Shown here: piece by piece, positions 1 to 11,401 of the stretch
How the letters are laid out: every line of letters begins with the position of its first letter
Numbering within the stretch: position 1 is the stretch's first letter
Assembly (NCBI GenBank): GCA_964019335.1
Contig: OZ025735.1
Coordinates: 248,001-312,000 of the forward strand
Source: Diplonema japonicum
Lineage: Eukaryota > Protista > Euglenozoa: Diplonemea
Length of the DNA stretch: 64,000 nucleotides
Direction: 5' to 3'
Notes under the pieces: generated by a model
Seen by the model: only the letters and a program-made list of their open reading frames with translations
Databases searched by the model: none
Told to the model about the DNA's origin: nothing
Translations under genes and position numbers: made by a program

Positions 1-157
1 CAACATTTCTTTAAAAAAAAAAAAGGGAAGGTTTCAAAACAAAAACAAAAAAAAGCCCCCCTGCAAAAAAAAAAAAACACTTCTTTTTTTTTTCCTTCTA
101 AAAATCTCGTATTTTTTCAGCACTACAAAAAAAAGGGGGGGGGGGAGGCGAAGAAAA

Positions 158-883
158 ATGAAAATCCTGTACCTCCATGGGTTTGAGGAGAACCGTCAAA
201 GTGTGAAGCCGGCCTTCATCAGAAAGACGTACAGAAACATGCTCTTTCCTGACCTGGACATGTACTTATCGAAATGGAACAGCCCTGTCCGGTATGGGTT
301 GGCGTCAAGCATAGGATTGGGAGGGATTCTGACTGGCGTTGTAACAGGAATGCTGAGCAATGCGTATGTTGACGGTGGCGGTGTGCTGGTGGGTCTCGCG
401 GCGTGCTTGGCAGTGTTGTTCGGGGCGAAGGAGAAAATCGTGAGAAAAGGCGTGCAGGGCTCCTTTGACGCGACTAAAGAAATCGCGAAAGCCGCCATTG
501 AAAAACACAACCCCGACCTCATTGTAGGATTTTCATGGGGCGGTGCGGTAGCCCTTGATCTTGTTGCTAGCAAAGATTTTACCGGCCCGCTTCTCCTCCT
601 GTCGCCTGCTTACCACAAGCTTTACTCATTAATGTCTCAGCCTCTGCCTTCGTTAAGTCACAACACTGCTAAAATACATATTATTCACTCCAAGGATGAT
701 ATTGTTTGTCCTATTGACAATTCGAAGGAGCTTTGTAACTCGGTTCCGTTCACTTCCCTCCAAGAAGTGGATTTCATGGGGCACAGGTTGTGGGAGTTGT
801 GCGACACGGGGGACTTGATAAAAGGGATTGAACAGCTTTCGCCGGAGAAAGATGAGGTGAAGAAGGGTGAGGAAAAAAAATAG
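158..883 (+). CDS. Alpha/beta-hydrolase (YqiA/esterase-like) with an internal hydrophobic hairpin
   Basis: N-terminal ILYLHGF, nucleophile elbow GFSWG, acid (SKDD) and His (MGHRL) in canonical order. Gly-rich hydrophobic segment at about aa 48-90. Confidence 0.8.
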   Translation: MKILYLHGFEENRQSVKPAFIRKTYRNMLFPDLDMYLSKWNSPVRYGLASSIGLGGILTGVVTGMLSNAYVDGGGVLVGLAACLAVLFGAKEKIVRKGVQGSFDATKEIAKAAIEKHNPDLIVGFSWGGAVALDLVASKDFTGPLLLLSPAYHKLYSLMSQPLPSLSHNTAKIHIIHSKDDIVCPIDNSKELCNSVPFTSLQEVDFMGHRLWELCDTGDLIKGIEQLSPEKDEVKKGEEKK

Positions 884-1849
884 AAAGGTATTTTTTTTTT
901 TTTTTTTTTTTTTAAATCTTTTCCACTCCCTTCCCGAATATTTAAAGAAAGGAAAAAAGAAGAAAAAAAAAGAAAAAAAAAAAAAAAAAACGTTGTTCTG
1001 ATACGACCGCGTGCACATAGCCCTCTCAATTTTTTTTTTTTTTCACTTTTTGCCCCCCTGCCCCCCCTAATATTGTTCGTTGTCTTTCCCTTATTAACTA
1101 CTCACTAGCAACCACGTCATGGGAGCCAAAATTGGAGAAAAGAAAATAAAATAATTTGTTCGCTGGTATCAATCTCCCCCCCTCCCTTTTTTTATTATTA
1201 TTGTAAAGTGAAAAGAACTCCCGGACTATTCGTCAGGACGACCTTCTTTTTCACTTTTCGTTCCCCTTTGCTGCTGTGATCCCGACATATTGAGAAAGAA
1301 AAGAAAAAGAAAAGAATAGAAAAAAAAAATAATAGAGGAGCTTCATTTTTTTTTTTTTTTTTTTTTCCCACCTACTGCGTCGTTATCATGAGTTTATTTT
1401 ATTTCTATTTTTTATTTTTTTGTGATGAAGAAGGCCCCCCCCCCCCCCCCCCCCCTCTTCCTAGCACTCCTTTTAAAAAAGGATTAACGTTGCTGGTGGC
1501 CTTCCCCCGATGACCTTCCGCAAGAGAGCTGGCCCGGCCAGCGACGAGGGTAAAAAGCTCATTTTCATTGATTATAGAGGCCTCTTTGATGGTGTCGCTG
1601 TTGGGCTTAACGCATGTCTTACTTCAGCGGGCCTTGCTTGTCGCCTCCTGTCGAAGTGCTTGTTTGTGGTATTTTGAATTTATGTAACCGGGGCCCTTGG
1701 ATGAACAGAAGAAAAGAAAAAGGGAGGAAAAAAAAAGAAGCTGTTATTGTAATTATCAAAAAGAAAGAAAGAAAGAAAGAATAATTTTGTGTGAGGAGGT
1801 AGTAGTTTGTGACCCCGAGTTCTTTTTTTTTTTTTTTTTTTTTTTTTCA

Positions 1850-1914
1850 GGGGACAACGGGGACTAAGCGCAACTCGGTCGGTGAGCGCAAAAACGCATA
1901 CCTTAAAAGAATAG
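1850..1914. repeat. Short T-run-flanked dispersed repeat, copy 1
   Basis: ggggacaacggggactaag...cggtgagcgcaaaaacgcataccttaaaagaatag, shared with 43589-43653. Confidence 0.88.
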
Positions 1915-2181
1915 TTTTGCTGAAGTGATATACTCGGGAAGTTAGAACAAAGGGGAGCGTTTCACAAACAAAACCTTGATTATAAAAAGATTTTTCTTTT
2001 TCTTCATAAGAAACGTTGTAACTAATTCCTCTCCTCCCTCCCTCCCCCCTGAAAAAAACCAAATAAAATATATATATAAAAAAAAAAAACCCACCCCATG
2101 CTCTTTTTTTTTTTGTCTTCTTTTTTTTTATAAAGCCTCACCCACCCACAGTATCTAAAAAAAAAAAAAAAAAAAAAAAAA

Positions 2182-4647
2182 ATGTTAACCCGCCCAACAC
2201 CATTACAACTCTGCATATTTGTTCTCGTCGTAGCTGGCCATCTAACAACGGGCTGCGAAGGGAAGAATTTCACCTATGACAGCAGGTCGGTGATGATCAA
2301 CGGGGAGCGTGTCCTGATGCTGTCAGGTGCCGTACACTACTCAAGGGTTGTACCAGAGGACTGGGAGAAGGTGATCCTTTACGCGAAGCAGCTCGGCCTG
2401 AACACAATACAAACATACGTAATGTGGAACTACCACGAGGCAACAGAGGGAAGCTGGAGATGGGATGGAAACCGAAATTTACGCGCGTTTCTGTCCATCG
2501 TCGCAAAACACAACATGTACGCAACTGTAAGAATCGGCCCGTACGTGTGCGCGGAGTACTATTACGGGGGCATCCCGTTGTGGATGCGGGAAAAAACAAA
2601 GTGCTATCGCTGCTCCGACGAAGGGTGGGAGACAAACATGAAACGGGTCCTCTCCACCGTCGTCACAGAGATACAGGATCTCCTTGTCGTCAAATCCGGT
2701 CCCGTGGTCCTCCTACAAGTTGAGAACGAATACAACGGAGGCGATTCTTCCTATCTAGAATGGGCTGTCGACACCGCACGGAACCTCACCACCGACGTCC
2801 CGTGGATCCTGTGCCACGATTTACAAATGTGCACCGCGATCAACAAACAAACTGAAAAAGTTCTCTGCACCATCAACGGGTTCTGGATGGACGAGTACAC
2901 GAAGGACTACCACCAGCCCTCTCCAAAATGGATGCAAGACAATATAAACGGAAACCCAAAATCGCCGTTAATCTGGACGGAAGACCAAGGATGGTTCAAC
3001 CAATGGGGCGTCGCGCAACGGGTCCGCGTGTCCAGCGACCAGCTCTACGGAATGGCAAGATGGTTCGCCTTCGGCGGGTCCTGGCACAATTTCTACATGT
3101 TAACCGGTGGAAACAACTACGGCCTGCAATCAGGCGGCACTGTCACAACAGCCTACGCACAGGACACAGTGGTCGACTACCTTCTCATGAAACACGAGCC
3201 TCGCTTCAGTTGCTACCAGCGGTTCTTTGAAGTCATGGGCAACATGTCTAGCATGCTGTTGTCGCATCCCATCTCACCACGTATACCACTTACACCGCTC
3301 TCAGCGGGTTGCCCTCTGACAGTGTCGTCTTGTTCAGATTCTGACCCAGCGCACCCTGGTGTTCTCGATGTTTCTCAACAATGGGTTTTCAATAATGGGT
3401 CGATAAGGTCAAGCCTCACTGGAATGTGTTTGGAAGCGTGGGGTGCTGGTGGGCTTGCGGTGTGTAATGAATCGCTTCCGGCGCAGAATTTTGTGCTGAG
3501 CGGCGGGTCGATACGGACAAGAGACAGAATCCAAAACGAGTACCGATGCTTGAACGAAACGGCACGTTTTGAAACGTGCAACGGCGGTCCTAAGCAAGCT
3601 GTGTGGGCGTACAACACCAGCGAGCACGGGTTCTCGTCGGGCAAAGGATGTCTCACCGCATCGCAGCAACAGAATTCCGGGTGCGATTACCACCTCTACG
3701 GCGGGCTTGCTTTCCTCTCAAACACAGGAGACGCAACAGAAACCGTCATGTTTTCAGAAGGGCAGCACTTCACACTGGTGAACCAATCTGTCACAATCGC
3801 TGTTCTGAACGGGTCGGTGTGGACAAAGATCTACTCGACGGACGAGTGTGTCGACAAGCCTGTTGAAAAACCTATGAAAACGTCGAAAAGCTCGCAGTGG
3901 AAAACCTTCAGAGAGACCCCCGGATACGGGGCCGTGAAGCACACTTCCAAACACCCTTTAGAACAGCTCAACATCACTAACAACGACAGCGACTACATGT
4001 GGTACACCATCGCAACGACACCAAACACCTCAGTAAAGCCAGCCATGATCGGAGGCTCCATCGGGTACACCCACACGACAGCGAACGAAACACATATTCT
4101 ATCATGCGCAATGGGTCTTGCAAACACAGGTGTTGCCCCCACAATGGGAAAAGGTGTGGAATCTGCTTCCATTAACAACACCACGTATGCTGGAACGTGG
4201 GTGATGTCCAGCACACTTGAAGGTGAGGAGAAACAAATTTTCAATTTTTCCGGGTCGGGTGCTGTTTCATGGTCGGCCTTCACACCTGGTAGAGCGTCAA
4301 CAGCGTATACATGGTACCAAGCCGAGGTACAAGCTGAGGTGGGACACGAGTATGCTTTAGACCTTTCTTCTATGTGGAAGGGTGTTGCGTTTGTGAACGG
4401 GTTCCACCTAGGGCGGTACTGGATGATACCAGGGGCGTGTAGTGGAGCCTGTGCGCCACCGGTGAAGTCGGGACACTGCTACATGCATTGGAATAACTGC
4501 GGTAAGCCCACCCAGACGTTGTACCACATCCCCTCATCCGTGGTCTCCACGAGCGGGCCAAATCTTATCACACTATTTGAAGAAACAACCCCTGACACAG
4601 GCGTCGACGTTGACCCCACATCGGTGTTGTTACTTTCATTTCAATAA
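2182..4647 (+). CDS. Secreted GH35 beta-galactosidase with an inserted ricin-B-like lectin domain
   Basis: Signal peptide; SGAVHYSR, GLNTIQTYVMWNYHE, RIGPYVCAE, QVENEY (acid/base), IWTE (nucleophile); C-terminal KGVAFVNGFHLGRYW and PTQTLYHIP. QQW/CL repeats at about aa 380-500. Confidence 0.93.
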   Translation: MLTRPTPLQLCIFVLVVAGHLTTGCEGKNFTYDSRSVMINGERVLMLSGAVHYSRVVPEDWEKVILYAKQLGLNTIQTYVMWNYHEATEGSWRWDGNRNLRAFLSIVAKHNMYATVRIGPYVCAEYYYGGIPLWMREKTKCYRCSDEGWETNMKRVLSTVVTEIQDLLVVKSGPVVLLQVENEYNGGDSSYLEWAVDTARNLTTDVPWILCHDLQMCTAINKQTEKVLCTINGFWMDEYTKDYHQPSPKWMQDNINGNPKSPLIWTEDQGWFNQWGVAQRVRVSSDQLYGMARWFAFGGSWHNFYMLTGGNNYGLQSGGTVTTAYAQDTVVDYLLMKHEPRFSCYQRFFEVMGNMSSMLLSHPISPRIPLTPLSAGCPLTVSSCSDSDPAHPGVLDVSQQWVFNNGSIRSSLTGMCLEAWGAGGLAVCNESLPAQNFVLSGGSIRTRDRIQNEYRCLNETARFETCNGGPKQAVWAYNTSEHGFSSGKGCLTASQQQNSGCDYHLYGGLAFLSNTGDATETVMFSEGQHFTLVNQSVTIAVLNGSVWTKIYSTDECVDKPVEKPMKTSKSSQWKTFRETPGYGAVKHTSKHPLEQLNITNNDSDYMWYTIATTPNTSVKPAMIGGSIGYTHTTANETHILSCAMGLANTGVAPTMGKGVESASINNTTYAGTWVMSSTLEGEEKQIFNFSGSGAVSWSAFTPGRASTAYTWYQAEVQAEVGHEYALDLSSMWKGVAFVNGFHLGRYWMIPGACSGACAPPVKSGHCYMHWNNCGKPTQTLYHIPSSVVSTSGPNLITLFEETTPDTGVDVDPTSVLLLSFQ

Positions 4648-4800
4648 TAGGATGATCAAGATACCTTCTTCCGTTACACTGGGATGGGGGGGGGATAAAA
4701 AACGTTTTGTGGGTGTTTTCGTGCTTTTTTTTTTTTAACTATATTTTATCGTCGAAAGGAGGAGGGCGGGGAAAAAAAAAGAAGGAAAAAAAAAAAAAGT

Positions 4801-5012
4801 ATGGCGGCCGATCAGGATATCGTATACCTTAAAGCTCATGATGTGCCCACCGTGATGGAAGAGGTATATTTGTAACCCCTCCCCCCCTTTGTCCCTCTTT
4901 CTCATCCCTTCTGAACACAATACAGATTGTCTCGAAAATGTTGGCAGAGATGCCCGATGACCCCATCCCATTCTTGATCCAGGAGTTTGAAGTTTTCGCG
5001 AAGAAGTCTTGA
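4801..5012 (+). CDS. 49-aa RIIa/Dpy-30-type dimerization/docking (D/D) microprotein, 2 exons (intron 4864-4925)
   Basis: Splicing gag|GTATAT...tacAG|att gives MAADQDIVYLKAHDVPTVMEEIVSKMLAEMPDDPIPFLIQEFEVFAKKS*, matching the YLxxHx(V/I)P...PxDPIxFL D/D pattern. Not in the ORF track. Confidence 0.8.
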
Positions 5013-5212
5013 GGAAAGACCATTTTTCTTTTTTCTTTTTTTTTTTCCCTGTTTTTTTCTTGGGCGCTTTCTTATGTAAATTGGACAAAATATTTTTTTT
5101 TTTCTTTTCCCCCTTTACAAAAAAAAAAAAAAATCGTCCAGTCCACCGGGGGGAGGGTGAGAGAACAAAAAAAAAAACAAAAAAAAATAATAATAAACTC
5201 CAGAAAAAGAAA

Positions 5213-5861
5213 ATGAACGGAGAAAACAGTATCCCTCCAAGCGGCTTGGTCGCACCCCCTCCATTTATGCAGCAACAACATCAAGGTGAAGACGGCCAGC
5301 GGGCCATGACGGAAAACCCTCCAAGCAGGACACTGTGGCTCGGGGGCATCACCACGGTGCATTCCGAAGAGGCACTGTGGAAATATTTCGAGAAATTCGG
5401 GGAGCTGGACTGCATCAAGGTTCTGTACGCAAAAAATATCGCATTCGTGAACTTCATGACGATGCAGGCGGCGGTGCTGGCGAAGGCAGGTGTGGACAAA
5501 GATCTGATCGGGGGTGTACGGCTTCAACATAATTTCGCAAAGGGCAGCCCTCCTCCTCTGCAACCCACCGGGAAATGTTCCCTAGGAGAACATGAGTATC
5601 CTTCAAACATAGTGTGGATCGGCGGGCTTCACATCCCCCCCCTCACTGAGAGGTTTCTCGTCGAACTGTTCTCAGGCTTCCCCGGTCTCGTCAATGTGGT
5701 CGTGTACAGCGATAAGAAGATCGCCTTCATAAATTTCCAAACTATCCAACACGCAACCGTGGCAAGGAACTCCTTGATAGGCAAACCGCTTGCTGGGGTT
5801 CCTGTAAAGGTTTGCTACGGTAAACCCCCTGCAGCCACGCCGCAGGTATTTTCGGGACGGG

Positions 5862-5898
<37 letters not shown>

Positions 5899-7374
5899 GA
5901 AAGCCATGGGCTTCCAAGACAACCCTACCACCTACATCCTCAAGAACCTCGCCCCACCGGTGGATTACTACGCAGAGGTAAATTAGTATGTTTTTTTTTT
6001 TCTTTTTTTTTCTTTTTTTTTTTTTTTTTCTAATTACTGTAAAGTGAAAAAGTGTCGGCCTCACTGTCGGGGCGAAAGCCGTGGTGACAGATAGGCAGAA
6101 TAGCCTTGGCGAGCTTGTTTCTGCACTGCAATTTTGCACCTTTGCAGAAGGGTTGCTTCTCACCAACCCTGACCCAAGGACTTTGGAGGACTGTATACTT
6201 TTCCACCAACTGGGCCCACAATGAGGTTATACCAGCCGAGATCGCCCAGGCAAAGTAACCAAGGCCATGGCGCAAGAAGGGCACCCACCCGGAGGTACTC
6301 CTCGAGCTTGCTGCACGGCATCTCGTAGTTGGTGAATTCTCGAAATCCAGCGACGTTGGTACTATTCTCACACAAAGAATTTCACGCTGATTCATTCTCG
6401 GCTAATTTGTAGTCATACTAGAGGTAGTGATGCCTTTTCGAATTTCTTTACCATCTCAACCTTCATCCCTAGGGATGTCCGTTCCAAAACTAACAAGAAG
6501 AATTTCCCGGACAGTTTGAGTTTTTTTTTTCTTTTTTTTTTTTTTTTTTTTTACTATTATTTTTAATTCACCACCAGCCCTGACGCACTCACGGAGCAGG
6601 AAGTGGAGGATTTCATCGATCAGATCCGAGAGTACAGCCCGTCGGACCCTGACGCAATACATAAGTCGGTCAAGTGGATCCTGGCACGTGAACATAAAAT
6701 CAAAGATGTCATGAAGCTTTTGGAGCTCCGCCTGCAAGACATGTACCTCCACCAACCCGGCAAGAGGCTGCAGGCGCTGTACATGCTGTTCGCCCTGTTG
6801 AAGAAAGCGAAGAGTGAGGACTCGGCCATCATAAGCGTGCTGTCACGCGGCGGGTACATCACAAAGATCATGAAGGTGATGTGTTGGAACCAGGCCGCAG
6901 CGGCAATAGGGTTCATCAGCCAGGTCCTTAGCGGGGCCTTTGAGATTCGCACCATTAACGAAGGTGAGTTTTTAGCGCTCTCCTCCTTGATCAAAGGTGA
7001 TGCTGAGGTTCAGATGCTGAAGATGACATATGGCATAGCTGGCCCCGGCGCACCCCCTGGCATGATGCCCTGGGGCAGTGCACCTCTCCCCTTGGGGCCC
7101 CCACCCCCTGCTGCTTCTCGTGGTGCAGTCGCAGTGCGCGGAGACTCCGATTCTGAAAGGTATATTTTTTTTTCTTTTTTTTTTTTTTTTTTCCAGAACA
7201 GTGAGCACTCCCCATCACTGAAATTTTATTTAAAAAAAAAAAAAAAAAGAAGAAAAAAAAAAAAACAGCTCTGACTCCCGCCAACGCCGCCGCCGACGAC
7301 GACGTGAAGACGATTATGGCAACGCCCCACCCGCACGGGGAGGCGACAGGGGCAGAGACTTCTACAGGAGGTAG
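5213..7374 (+). CDS. RNA-processing protein: RRM-RRM-CID-like domain-Arg/Ser/Gly tail (469 aa); exons 5213-5845, 5897-5985, 6578-7159, 7269-7374
   Basis: Two RRMs (TLWLGG...IAFVNF; IVWIGG...IAFINF). CID-like helical pattern (EDFIDQI...AIHKSVKWIL...KRLQALYML). Three GT-AG introns restore one frame. Confidence 0.8.
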
Positions 7375-7616
7375 GTGAAAGAGGAAAAAAAAAGTGTTTC
7401 GTTTTTTTTTTTTTGTGAGGGGAAAGTAGTAGTGTGTGTGTCATCATAACAAATTCTTGTTTTAATTGGGCCGAAAAAAAAAAAAAAAAAAAAAAAAAAC
7501 ACAAAAGAAAGTGTCTAGTCTACTCGCTTTAAATTAGTTATTACTTTTTTGTTCAAAAACAAAAGACAAAAAAAAACAAGAAGAGGGGAGTATATATAAA
7601 AAAAAAAAAAAAAGAA

Positions 7617-8240
7617 ATGTCTCGGGTAAAGTACGAAATACGAAAGACACCCGAAATGGAGTTTGTGAGCAGTTGCAAAGAAGGCGCTTTTGAGAAGGTT
7701 GTTGAGTTGTTGGAAGGGGGTGCCGACCCCAACACGAAGGGACACGTGTATTATAAAAACAGGCTCATGGGGTTGAAATTTTCCAATGACTGGGGGAAGT
7801 ACATTATGACACACCAAAGCGAGGACAGGCTCATGGGGTCAGCGCTGCATTACTGTGTAATGGGAGGCAAACATGATGTTTTTGGACTACTGCTTGCTTT
7901 TGGCGCCACATCGGCCGCTAGGCTAAATCTTCCTCCTCATATGCCTCACGAGGTCACGGTGGAGCAGCTTATAGAAAAGCAAGATGACCCTATCTGCCAG
8001 AAGCTTACTCTCTTCTTTAAAGTGTGGTCTGTTCTTGACGCGACAAATCCCAAGAAGAGTGCCATGCTCGGGAAACTACCGCCCTCAACACACGTAGTCC
8101 TCAAACCTTACCTTGAGACGCTAGTTAAGCGACACCAGGAAGACGAAACGCTAAAAATGCTAAAGAGAGCCGTTGCTCCCTCCGACGAACTCCCGAACCC
8201 ACCTGAGACAGAGGCGTTGCTGCAAGAAATCTCTGGATAA
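7617..8240 (+). CDS. Ankyrin-repeat protein
   Basis: CKEGAFEKVVELLEGGADPN and SALHYCVMGGKHDVFGLLLAFGA ankyrin-like repeats. Confidence 0.75.
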   Translation: MSRVKYEIRKTPEMEFVSSCKEGAFEKVVELLEGGADPNTKGHVYYKNRLMGLKFSNDWGKYIMTHQSEDRLMGSALHYCVMGGKHDVFGLLLAFGATSAARLNLPPHMPHEVTVEQLIEKQDDPICQKLTLFFKVWSVLDATNPKKSAMLGKLPPSTHVVLKPYLETLVKRHQEDETLKMLKRAVAPSDELPNPPETEALLQEISG

Positions 8241-8325
8241 GGAGGGGGAGAGATTTTTTTTTTTTTTTTTTTGAGATCAATTTCCACTGTGTGCTTTTTC
8301 CCCCTTCCCCAGATTTTTTTTTTTG

Positions 8326-8372
8326 ATGAGAACAAGGGGGCGTCTCACAAAGACTTCCTTTAACTCATATAT
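8326..8372. repeat. 47-bp hairpin repeat, copy 1
   Basis: atgagaacaagggggcgtctcacaaagacttcctttaactcatatat, identical to 19429-19475. Confidence 0.9.
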
Positions 8373-8452
8373 TTTTTTTTTTTTGTATGATTCAAAAAAA
8401 AAAAAAAAAAAAAAAAAAAAGCGGGGAAGTAGCGGGAAAATAAGAATAAGAT

Positions 8453-9162
8453 ATGGCGTTTTTCAAGAAGATCATGGAGTTCTTTAAGGGGTATGGAGGG
8501 GTAAAAAAAAAAAAAAAAAAAAAAAAAAGGTTGTTTTGGAAGCAAGAGATGGAGCTGACGCTTGTTGGTCTTCAGAACGCGGGCAAAACCACCCTGCTGA
8601 ATGTTATCAGTGACGGAAAGGCGAAACCGAACACCATCCCGACGGTGGGGCTGAACATCAGAAAAATAACAAAGGGTAATGCCCCCCCTTTTCTTTTGAA
8701 AAAAAAATTTTTTTTTTCCATAGGTAACATCTCCATTAAGCTGTGGGATATCGGCGGTCAGCCCAGGTTCAGGGGAATGTGGGAGAGATACTGCCGAGGT
8801 GTTAACGCCATAGTGTACGTGGTGGACTCTGCTGACAGGTCTACTGTTGACGCGGCGCAGAAGGAGCTGATGGAGTTGATGCAGAAGCCCGCTCTTGAGA
8901 AAATTCCACTCCTGGTTCTGGGAAACAAGAACGACGTTCCGTCGCACATGAACGAGGCTGAGCTGCGCCAGGCCCTGTATGAGAAAAAAAAAAGAAAAAA
9001 AAAAAAAAAAAGAAAAAAAAAAAAAAAAAAAAAAAAAAAAACAGCGATCTCGACTCCATCAAGGGCCGAGAAGTGTGTGTCTACAGCATCAGTGCCAAGA
9101 ACTCCGTAAATATCGATGTTACTTTGCAATGGCTGATCAAGAACGCGAAAAAGAGCAGCTAG
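8453..9162 (+). CDS. ARL8: Arf-like GTPase ARL8 (184 aa); introns 8491-8529, 8676-8723, 8977-9044
   Basis: [46 protein letters not shown], and final exon [25 protein letters not shown] are ARL8 signatures. Confidence 0.95.
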
Positions 9163-9174
9163 ACATTCTTTTCG

Positions 9175-9205
<31 letters not shown>

Positions 9206-10515
9206 AAGAAGAAAGAAAGAAAGAAAAGAAAAAGAAAGAAATGAAAGAAACAAAAATTAGCGGCGCTGTAGTGAAAACGATATCTCCCCTCCCCCCTTTC
9301 CCCCTTTTTTTTTTGAAGTGTTCAAAGTTTTATTTGAAAACAGAAAAGGGGGGACGGGGAAGGGGCGAGAAGACCGAAAAAAAAAGGGGAGGGGAAAAGA
9401 GAATGGAAAAAAAAGAGAAAAAAACTAAATAAACAAAAGAGTGATCAACGCAGTGATTTTTTTTTTTAAAGAAAAGAAGATTTCCGTGATAAGGGATGAA
9501 GGGGATGTGCTTTCAAAAAGAAAGACGCAATGGCTGTATTGGATTTCCTTTTTTTTTCTTTTTGTTTCTTTGACAATTTTACTGGCCTATAATAATGTTT
9601 CTTGTAAGTCTCTTTTTGTTGGTGAAGTCATAGCTGGCACTTCTTCTTTTTCCCGCACCCATCAGTGATCCCCCCCCCTTTTTTTATCTTTTCCGTGTGG
9701 ACTTGGCACTACCTGTCTCTTTTCTTTTTTTTCTTTTTTTTTCTTTTCTTCCCCCCTGTTTCCCCCAACTTCTTTATCCCTGCTCCCCCTGTTTTCTTTT
9801 TATTCCACTGTTTTCTTCCACTCATACGTGTATCTAAAACCCCCCCCTTTTTTTTGTCATTTTTTTTCTGCTGTTTTTTTTTTCTTCTTTTTTTTTCTTT
9901 CCTTACTCGGTGCTCTCTCTCTCTCTATTCTTTTATAAAAAAAAAAAACAGAGAAACAGAAGGATGGGGAGGGGAAGGATAACAAAAGAACTTCCAGATG
10001 ATATTAGTGCCGGGAAGACAGTATTTATTTTTTTCGAAAAATGGGGGGGGGGGGGGGGGGGGACAGAAGAACTGAAGAGGGGTGGTTTTCGCAGAAAAAA
10101 AGAGAAAAAAAAAACCTTTTTTAGTAGAAACGATTTTCTGTCTTTTTTGCTGCTGATGAGCCGTAAGAAAAGCCATCCAGGGCATAATAAACTTTTAATT
10201 TTAAGCTTTTTACGAGAGTTGTTTGGTCCGTCCCTTTCCTTGTTGTTAAGTAGCTTTCTTTGATTCCTTTGTGCAGAACTGGGGGTTTAAGAGAAGAGAG
10301 AGAAGAAAAAAAGAAATGAACGGAGAGAAAAAAAAAAAACCTTTTTTTTTTTTGCCCCCTCCCCCCACACTTTTTATTTTTTTTATTTTTCATTCATTCT
10401 TTCCAATTTTTCCCCCCGCTCCCGCTTTCCTGCAACACTACCTTTCTTATTTTTTTTTTTTAAATCTTTTTTGACCAACTAAAAAAAAAAAAAAAAGAGA
10501 GAACAAACAAACAAT

Positions 10516-11376
10516 ATGACGGAATTCGGTAAACTGACAAAATTGATAAACGAGCTAAAACAAGAAATAGAGATACAGGGCCTCACAAAAAGCTTTAAGG
10601 AGAAAGCATTTTACGACGGTTGTGAAGATAAAATTGCAAAAGTCGTGAAAACCTGGGAAGAGGGCAACTGCTTCGCCAGGTGTAAAAAGCTGGATGAAAA
10701 ACTATCGGCAGGGGTTTACGGCGACGGGATGCAAAAGAAAATAGCAAACCTGAGCAAGGACGTGAGATCGCTCAGAAAAACCATCCTCGAGCTGAAGGAC
10801 TGGGCGGCTCTCAGAACTACTCAAAAAATCGAACAAATCCCACCAGCCCTCAAAGGCTGGCGAAAATGTGGAACACTAGAATACACCAACCAAACAGCCG
10901 TTTTCACACCAGGTGAAAAATGGGCTGGTGTTTTAACCATCAGAGGACCAAAATACAGCCCTTACTTCGGGTCAGACTGGAATGTTTCGATAGATAGCTT
11001 AAATGGCACTATAACGTCTGAAGGCACCCTCGGGAAGGTCATGTTTGTGCGCAACATACCTTGGGGCACTCCTCCTTGTCTCTTGACGTTCACTGCCAAC
11101 ATTTGTACTCTCATGTCCTCGCCTCGTTCTATAAAGCCTGCCGTGCATGAAGGCTTGGTACGGTCGCATGTGCAGGGGTTTGTGTCCACCATCGCCGCTA
11201 CTCGGCGGTTGAAGACCATCTTGCTCATCCTACTCCGAATGGACACCCCGACAGATCTCGTTTATTGCATGTTCCATACTTACCTTGGGTTCAGCACCTC
11301 CTCGTACACTACCGACCTTGCTTTGCAGACCACTCCTTCCCTTATGGATGTTGACCGCTTGACGAGGGTTTCCTGA
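10516..11376 (+). CDS. Hypothetical protein
   Basis: 286-aa ORF with coding-like composition, an A-rich leader and the same strand as its neighbours. No motif recognised. Confidence 0.65.
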   Translation: MTEFGKLTKLINELKQEIEIQGLTKSFKEKAFYDGCEDKIAKVVKTWEEGNCFARCKKLDEKLSAGVYGDGMQKKIANLSKDVRSLRKTILELKDWAALRTTQKIEQIPPALKGWRKCGTLEYTNQTAVFTPGEKWAGVLTIRGPKYSPYFGSDWNVSIDSLNGTITSEGTLGKVMFVRNIPWGTPPCLLTFTANICTLMSSPRSIKPAVHEGLVRSHVQGFVSTIAATRRLKTILLILLRMDTPTDLVYCMFHTYLGFSTSSYTTDLALQTTPSLMDVDRLTRVS

Positions 11377-11401
11377 TTTTTTTGGGGTTTTTTTTTTTTT
11401 T

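Noticed and set aside
1487-1545. cgttgctgg...ccagcgacg hairpin (and gtgaaaagaa...ttctttttcac near 1208-1253) as single-hairpin H/ACA RNAs
   Set aside because: No properly placed AGA/ACA box and no target can be verified by eye.
6250-6330. Minus-strand QQARGVPPGGCPSCAMAL, reminiscent of a reverse transcriptase G(V)PQG motif
   Set aside because: No downstream YxDD and surrounded by stops; too weak to call.
9202-10474. Numerous poly-Lys/poly-Phe ORFs in spacers
   Set aside because: Artefacts of A/T homopolymer runs that lack stop codons.
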